A DNA stretch of 51,537 nt from an uncultured Methanosarcinales archaeon (GTDB lineage: Archaea; Halobacteriota; Methanosarcinia; Methanosarcinales; Methanocomedenaceae), in contig CBDUUM010000001.1 of the NCBI GenBank assembly GCA_965370445.1, forward strand, positions 1 through 51,537. Reading direction: 5' to 3'. Both the position numbers and the translations under genes were made by a program. The notes under the pieces were generated by a model. The model ran no database searches, had not been told where the DNA came from, and was given only the letters and a program-made list of their open reading frames with translations. Below are positions 45,778 to 51,537 of the stretch, one piece after another (position 1 is the first letter of the stretch; each line of letters starts with the position of its first letter).

Positions 45778-46875
45778 TTATAATTGTAATATACGGGTCA
45801 GTGCGTCCACAAGCCTGGTATTCTGGGCAGGGGTGCCTACAGTTATCCTTATCAGGCTTTCTCCCGCATCCCTGAATGATGTGCAGTCACGTACAATGAT
45901 GCCCTCTTCCAACAACGCTTCCATGACATCTTTGCTCTTTTTGGGAGATACGTCGATCATAATGAAGTTCGCTTCAGAAGGAAATACCCTGCAATGACCA
46001 GATAATCCATCATACAAAAACTGCCTGCCTGTTAGCACATTCTCGATAGTCCTTTTCCTGTAATCAATGTCCTGCAGGGCTGCCAGTCCTGCTGCTACAG
46101 ATATCCTGCTGATGGCAAATGGGGTGGTCACCTTCATATATTCCCTGTTTATCCACTGCGGCACCACGGCATAACCAACCCTGAGACCTGCAAGTCCCAT
46201 AGCCTTGGACATGGTACGGCCCACAATGAGATTATCATATTCTGTCACCAGGCCCGTAAGGCTCCTGTCTGCGAACTCCACATAGGCCTCGTCAAGGAAC
46301 ACAAGCGCTCTGGTGGATTCGACAATCTTCCTGACATCGGCTTCTGGTACAGTGTTGCCTGATGGGTTATTGGGTGAGACAAGGTAAATAAAACGTGTGG
46401 AATCGCTGAGTGCCGAGATCACCGAGTCGGTATCCACGCTGTAATCGGGCAGCCGCTTCACATAGACCGGCAACCCGCCTGCCGACCTGGCAGTGATCTC
46501 AAAGTATGAAAAAGTAGGGGTGGGGATAATTACATCCGTACCAGGCTGCACGAAGAGTCGCATCAGTGTATCAACCACACCGTCCATACCTGAACCTAAA
46601 ACCACATTATCTTCCGGATAACCAACATAGTCTGCAAGGGCACACCTGAGTTCGGCAGCGTCTACCGAAGGGTACACGCTGATGGTATCAGCCATGTTAC
46701 GCACAGCTTCGACTGCCATGGGCGAGGGACCCAGCGGGTTCTCATTCGAGCCCAGTTTGATGATATTAGCGGGTTCAATACCGTAGCCAGCCGCTATCTC
46801 CTCTGTGGATTTGCCAGGTACGTACTCTTTAATTCCCTTGATAGAGTCCTTTATGAATTCCTTAGCATGCGTCAT
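45778..46875 (-). CDS. hisC: Histidinol-phosphate aminotransferase
   Basis: Class II aminotransferase: LGSNENP, SPNNPSG, and the PLP lysine context RTMSKAMGLAGLRVGY. Confidence 0.88.
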   Translation of the reverse strand: MTHAKEFIKDSIKGIKEYVPGKSTEEIAAGYGIEPANIIKLGSNENPLGPSPMAVEAVRNMADTISVYPSVDAAELRCALADYVGYPEDNVVLGSGMDGVVDTLMRLFVQPGTDVIIPTPTFSYFEITARSAGGLPVYVKRLPDYSVDTDSVISALSDSTRFIYLVSPNNPSGNTVPEADVRKIVESTRALVFLDEAYVEFADRSLTGLVTEYDNLIVGRTMSKAMGLAGLRVGYAVVPQWINREYMKVTTPFAISRISVAAGLAALQDIDYRKRTIENVLTGRQFLYDGLSGHCRVFPSEANFIMIDVSPKKSKDVMEALLEEGIIVRDCTSFRDAGESLIRITVGTPAQNTRLVDALTRILQL

Positions 46876-48047
46876 TCTGCTCTCTCAATGCCCTGCGCCA
46901 CAACGTCTGTCACTTTATCTATCTGCTCCTGTGTTATCACCAGGGGTGGCACGAATCGCAGCACAGAGTCTGACGTACAGTTAAGCAGTACACCGTTCTC
47001 CCTTGCATAGTCGACAACAGGCCCGCATTTGACTGCCAGTTCCATGCCTACCATCAATCCCTTTCCCCTGATCTCCCTGACAGCTTCCAGTTCAAGTTTT
47101 TCAAGTTCATCTACCAGGTAACGTCCCATCCGGGCCGACCTGTCTACCAGACCCTCATCTTCTATTACCTTAAGTGATGCCAGGGCAGCCGCACATAACA
47201 GTGGCCCGCCGCCAAAGGTGGCTGCATGGTCACCTTTTTGCATCTTTGAAGCGGTCTCTTCCCTTGCCAGTAGTGCACCCATGGGCAATCCACCTGCCAT
47301 TGCCTTGGCCGTTGTCATGATATCGGGTACTACACCTGAGTGTTCACGTGCGAACCAGCGTCCGGTCCTGCCCATGCCGGTCTGCACCTCGTCAAATATG
47401 AGCAATGCACCTGCATCGTCACAGATATCCTTTGCCGCTTGCAGGTAACCGTCATCGGGAACGCGGATACCTCCTTCACCCTGGATAGGTTCCAGTATCA
47501 GGGCGGCCGTGTCTTTGTTCACGGCACCTTTCAGTGCCTCCACATTGCTGTAGGGTACAAACTCCACCTTTTGGATGAGAGGTTGGAAAGGCTCCCTGTA
47601 TTGCAGCTTATGGGTCACGCTCAGCGCACCCATGGTCCTGCCGTGGAAACTGTGTTCTGCAGCCACAAAATCGGTTCGTCCGGTGGCCCTGCGGGCAAGT
47701 TTTAACGCACCTTCTACAGCTTCGGTTCCTGAATTGCAGAAGAATACACGGTCCATGCCTGTTTTGGGTACAAGCCGGGCCGCCAGTTCGGCTTGCTGAT
47801 GGGTATAATATATGTTCGAGACATGAATAAGTTCTGCTACTTGCTTGCTAACCGCTTCCACTACGGCCGGATGACAGTGGCCAATATTATTGACCGCAAT
47901 CCCTGCTACGCAATCTATGTATTCCTTACCCTGGCTGTCCCTGACCAATGCACCCTGTCCGCTCGTAATTGCTATGGGCTGGCGGGTATAGTTTTGGAAA
48001 ACATACTTCGAATCCATTTCAATGATATCCTGGTATAAGTCTTTCAT
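46872..48047 (-). CDS. argD: Acetylornithine (or LysJ-type) aminotransferase, class III
   Basis: FCNSGTEA, DEVQTGMGRTG, TTAKAMAGG. Confidence 0.88.
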   Translation of the reverse strand: MKDLYQDIIEMDSKYVFQNYTRQPIAITSGQGALVRDSQGKEYIDCVAGIAVNNIGHCHPAVVEAVSKQVAELIHVSNIYYTHQQAELAARLVPKTGMDRVFFCNSGTEAVEGALKLARRATGRTDFVAAEHSFHGRTMGALSVTHKLQYREPFQPLIQKVEFVPYSNVEALKGAVNKDTAALILEPIQGEGGIRVPDDGYLQAAKDICDDAGALLIFDEVQTGMGRTGRWFAREHSGVVPDIMTTAKAMAGGLPMGALLAREETASKMQKGDHAATFGGGPLLCAAALASLKVIEDEGLVDRSARMGRYLVDELEKLELEAVREIRGKGLMVGMELAVKCGPVVDYARENGVLLNCTSDSVLRFVPPLVITQEQIDKVTDVVAQGIERAE

Positions 48048-48127
48048 AGGTTCCTCATATCAGTGATATAAGTTTTACGTGATAAAATCTTTGATGGAAC
48101 CCGGTTGGGAAAATAAACAGCAGGACA

Positions 48128-48493
48128 CTAAACCAGGTTTTCCACACTTTCGGCAGCTTTCTTCAACTCATTTAAAATAAGACCTAAGCCCCCTTCTTTG
48201 CTGGCCAGTACCACAATCAGGGCATTGGGACCGGCAGAATAGGTGATCAAGCTGTTCTCATTGGTTTCCACAACAATTGAATTAGGCGCTTCCTTGCTGA
48301 GTCTCTTTGTAGTGGACTCTGCAGACATATGAAGTGTGGCTGCCAGGGCTGCAAAGGCCTCACTGTCCGAATCCTGGGTGGCCCTGGATACCATTAACAG
48401 TCCATGTCTGGAGATTATGGCAGATAGCTTGATATCACCCAATGAATCCAACTGGATTAAAATTTCTTCAAGGTTTTCCTTCAATGTTACCAT
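48128..48493 (-). CDS. Roadblock/LC7 domain protein
   Basis: Size and alpha-beta-alpha pattern (AIISRHGLLM...SLITYSAGPNALIVVLA). I prefer the Met at 48493, directly after the upstream stop. Confidence 0.6.
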   Translation of the reverse strand: MVTLKENLEEILIQLDSLGDIKLSAIISRHGLLMVSRATQDSDSEAFAALAATLHMSAESTTKRLSKEAPNSIVVETNENSLITYSAGPNALIVVLASKEGGLGLILNELKKAAESVENLV

Positions 48494-48494
48494 A

Positions 48495-48842
48495 TTACAT
48501 CCCACGTCTCCCAACTGCATTTATGGCTATGTGTAATATGAAAATAAAATATATTACAGTAATCTGGAATACAGTGAGAGATATTTTCATAATAAGGACC
48601 ATATCATCTTCTAGTGGGGGATCGATCAAATATTCGATTACTGCTGCAATAAAGAAAAAGATCGACCCGACAAACATTATATTAAATGCTTTAATAATCT
48701 GGTTATATTCAAGGAACAACCTGGACCGGATGACATCGGCATCTGTTTTTCTCATAGTGGAAGCTATCAAGAAAAAGATTACCACGATTATCAGCCGGAC
48801 AATGAAATCAATTGCATCGAAAATAAAAAAAATATTATCCAT
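48495..48842 (-). CDS. Small membrane protein (hypothetical)
   Basis: 115-aa ORF with 3 hydrophobic helices. AT-rich. Abuts the roadblock gene. Confidence 0.4.
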   Translation of the reverse strand: MDNIFFIFDAIDFIVRLIIVVIFFLIASTMRKTDADVIRSRLFLEYNQIIKAFNIMFVGSIFFFIAAVIEYLIDPPLEDDMVLIMKISLTVFQITVIYFIFILHIAINAVGRRGM

Positions 48843-48964
48843 TTATTTTTCCTCGTATCTGAACCGGCACTCTTGTTCAATATTGCTCCTTATCTATCGT
48901 TCAATACCATATATTTTACTTCAATTTACGCTTTTGGAAATTACTTTGGAAATTATGATTTTTT

Positions 48965-50254
48965 TCACACAAACATGCCTTCTGAAACTGTATTTGAGCT
49001 ATTTTTATTGAGCAGGACCTTTGATATGGCACTTTCCATATCGTCAACCTCAACTTGTTCCCTCGCTTTTCGAATGGCAAACATCCCTGCCTCTGTAACA
49101 ATGGCCTTTAATTCAGAACCGTTAGCCCCTTCAGTGATCTTTGCCATATAATTAAAGTCAATGGTCTTCGAAAGCGCCATATTCCGGGTATGTATACCCA
49201 GGATATTCGCTCTGGCCTCCTTGTCTGGCATAGAGACTTCTATGAACCTATCGAACCTTCCCGGCCGTAACAGTGCCTGGTCAAGGATATCCAGCCTGTT
49301 TGTGGCTGCCAGCAGCCTTACCTCGCCCCTGGGATTGAAACCATCCATCTCGGACAGTAACTGCATCAAAGTACGCTGTACCTCCCGATCACCGGCAGTG
49401 GCACCGTCATACCGACTGGCTCCGATAGAATCCAGTTCGTCAATGAAAATGATGCTGGGCGCCTTATTATGGGCAAGTTTGAACAATTCCCTGACCATGC
49501 GTGCCCCTTCACCTATGTATTTCTGGACCAGTTCTGAGCCAACGATACGCAGGAAAGTGGTACTTGTATGATTTGCCACTGCCTTTGCAAGCATGGTCTT
49601 CCCGGTCCCTGGTGGGCCGTAAAGCAATACACCATTGGGTGGGTCTATGCCGATCTTTGTAAAGGCTTCGGGTTTGGTTAAGGGCAGTTCTACAGCTTCC
49701 CTCAGTTCCCTGATCTGCTCATCAAGTCCTCCAATTTGTGTGTAATCCACATCTGGTGTTTCTATGACCTCTACACCTTTGAGAAGGGCACTTGTGGATG
49801 AAGGAAGCACTCCCACTACTGCCAGGGTTTGCTGGTTCATGGCCACCTGGGCCCCTGGTTCCAGGTCAGATTCTCTTATAAATTTAGACATCCCAACTAC
49901 AAACTGTGGTCCGGTGCTGCTCCTTACTACCAGTTTGTCATTTTTAAGAACTTCAGCTATGGTGCCTACAATAAGAGGTGAGTTCTTCAAGTTATCCAGT
50001 TCATTGGTAAGTGTCCTCAAATCCCGTTCAAATTTTATTTTTTGAGACTCAGCATAACGTTTCTCTGATTCGATCTTATGATTTTGCTCCCTAAGGATGT
50101 GATTCCTTTCTTCCAGCTGGTGCATCCTATCAATAAGATATCGTGAAAAATCATCATTTCTGAGTTCTGGTGGTATGTCGACAGATAATCCTTTTACACT
50201 GTCATCTTCAATGATCCCTGTCATATTTAATCTCCGAATAATATTTAAGTCCAT
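48965..50254 (-). CDS. pan: Proteasome-activating nucleotidase
   Basis: N-terminal coiled coil, OB region, and AAA+ motifs [16 protein letters not shown]. Confidence 0.92.
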   Translation of the reverse strand: MDLNIIRRLNMTGIIEDDSVKGLSVDIPPELRNDDFSRYLIDRMHQLEERNHILREQNHKIESEKRYAESQKIKFERDLRTLTNELDNLKNSPLIVGTIAEVLKNDKLVVRSSTGPQFVVGMSKFIRESDLEPGAQVAMNQQTLAVVGVLPSSTSALLKGVEVIETPDVDYTQIGGLDEQIRELREAVELPLTKPEAFTKIGIDPPNGVLLYGPPGTGKTMLAKAVANHTSTTFLRIVGSELVQKYIGEGARMVRELFKLAHNKAPSIIFIDELDSIGASRYDGATAGDREVQRTLMQLLSEMDGFNPRGEVRLLAATNRLDILDQALLRPGRFDRFIEVSMPDKEARANILGIHTRNMALSKTIDFNYMAKITEGANGSELKAIVTEAGMFAIRKAREQVEVDDMESAISKVLLNKNSSNTVSEGMFV

Positions 50255-50287
50255 ACGATATATAGCCTTTTCGAAGGTTGAATTATA

Positions 50288-50779
50288 ATGCAGTGTGAAA
50301 TATGCGGCGTAGAGATTATTGGATCTGCAAGGAAAGTAGTTGTGGAAGGAACAGAACTTGATGTTTGTGGCAATTGTTCCCAGTATGGTAAGGCACCCCA
50401 GGGTTGGACCCCTGTTTCAAGAAAGGTTGCACCTGTTGCAGCTACCCCAAAACCCAAACCTGGTATAAAAAAAACCAAACGCCGAACTCTTGATGATATG
50501 GATGATGAGATTGTATCAGATTATAGCAGGATCATCCGTGAGGCCAGGGAAGCAAAGGGATGGACACTTGAGGAACTCGGCCTGAATATCAAAGAAAAGG
50601 CAGCCCTGATACGTAAGATCGAGCGTTCTGAGATCAAACCTGAAGATAATTTGCGAAAGAAACTTGAACGCAGCCTGGAGATCAAACTCACCGAACGGGT
50701 CAGCCATGATATCATGGAGCATGGAACCGGGTTCCAGGGCACCACGCTCGGAGACATTGTCAAAATTAAACGAAAGTAA
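50288..50779 (+). CDS. mbf1: Multiprotein-bridging factor 1 family transcriptional regulator (Zn ribbon + HTH)
   Basis: MQCEICG...CGNC zinc ribbon, followed by an XRE-type HTH ([22 protein letters not shown]). Confidence 0.8.
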   Translation: MQCEICGVEIIGSARKVVVEGTELDVCGNCSQYGKAPQGWTPVSRKVAPVAATPKPKPGIKKTKRRTLDDMDDEIVSDYSRIIREAREAKGWTLEELGLNIKEKAALIRKIERSEIKPEDNLRKKLERSLEIKLTERVSHDIMEHGTGFQGTTLGDIVKIKRK

Positions 50780-50895
50780 AAGGTACGACCCAATCTTTTC
50801 TAATTATTATTGATACATTTGCCATTTCTGGTAGATATAATCTATAAGATTATGTACTCAAGTTAATCCGACCGAAGGGAGGATTTTCTTGTTTC

Positions 50896-51273
50896 TTAAT
50901 AATCCTGGTATTCCTCATCGCTTCCGGTACCCAATTCCATTTCAGGCATTTCGTCAATGTCTTTGGCAAGTAATGAAAACACATTATGCCTTGGGCTTAC
51001 TATTATAATATGGGCAGGGGGATGGATTTTTTTTAACCTTCCAATGGCTGAACTTGCATGGTCTCCCAGGGGAACTACTGCAGCTGAATTGCAGTTTTTC
51101 CTGAGGTTGGTGTGCATTACATCCTCCAGTACTTTATCTGCCTTTCCAGGGTCCATTTTTTTCGGGCTATCATCGAAGGATAGATGACCGTACCTGACCA
51201 GGTCCCTGAGTGCCACATTTACTTTTGTGGTGTTCTCGCCCCTTATTACTGCAAACGATTGCATTTTTAACAC
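50896..51273 (-). CDS. Hypothetical protein
   Basis: 125-aa ORF with native-like composition and an acidic C-terminus. No family recognised. Confidence 0.45.
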   Translation of the reverse strand: MLKMQSFAVIRGENTTKVNVALRDLVRYGHLSFDDSPKKMDPGKADKVLEDVMHTNLRKNCNSAAVVPLGDHASSAIGRLKKIHPPAHIIIVSPRHNVFSLLAKDIDEMPEMELGTGSDEEYQDY

Positions 51274-51450
51274 TCCCTTATCCCTTAGAAAGGATTGTAT
51301 TTATTTCTATATATGTTTTTCAGAACAATACGAATATTTATAATAACATATTTTGTATCAAATACTTAAGTTCTTTGTTTTGTTCACGATATATGATTCT
51401 TACCAAAGCCTGCCTAAAATAGTTGAACTCAAATAGCGAACCTATGAATT

Positions 51451-51537
51451 GCTAACTACTGAACTGGTAACTACTGAACTGCTAACTACTGAACTGGTAA
51501 CTACTGAACTGGTAACTACTGAACTGGTAACTACTGA
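51451..51537. repeat. 15-bp tandem repeat, at least 5.8 copies, running off the window end
   Basis: Units G(C/G)TAACTACTGAACT at 51451, 51466, 51481, 51496, 51511 and 51526. Only position 2 varies. Confidence 0.9.

Overview
Archaeal chromosomal window. Gene content (H4MPT-linked genes, G1P dehydrogenase, exosome/proteasome/RNase P superoperon, PGF-CTERM multihaem cytochrome) points to Methanosarcinales, possibly ANME-2/Methanoperedens-like; this is inference only. From about 10.5 kb to 51.3 kb the content is mostly housekeeping. It includes Moco genes (moaA, moeA, moaD-like, moaB), egsA, cobQ and rps6e, and the conserved superoperon rpl15e / exosome-associated protein / RNase P Rpp30 / Pop5 / psmA / SBDS / rrp4 / rrp41 / rrp42 / rpl37ae / rpoP / pcc1 / pfdB. 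It also includes asd, two small ferredoxins, endA, a cytochrome b plus 11-haem cytochrome c pair, porGDAB, hisC, argD, PAN and MBF1. A small AT-rich islet at about 19.3-22.4 kb carries a MazF-like module. The first ~10 kb is a mosaic accessory region: visibly AT-rich gene cassettes separated by GC-rich composite repeats, an hsdS 3' remnant, and decayed native genes (a Cys/Met PLP enzyme and an FtsX permease tail). The most interesting locus is a translationally coupled four-gene minus-strand operon (3853-8745). It encodes an SMC/Rad50-like ABC ATPase with a double-CxxC hook, a small middle protein, a PD-(D/E)xK-like protein and a DNA methyltransferase. I read it as a Lamassu/ABC-three-component-like defence system fused to a methylation module. 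A second candidate is a two-gene PIN-nuclease cassette (1376-2789) bracketed by direct repeats. Several real genes under 60 aa are missing from the ORF track: rpoP, two ferredoxins and a basic 57-aa protein. No tRNA, rRNA, CRISPR array, transposase or integrase was recognised.
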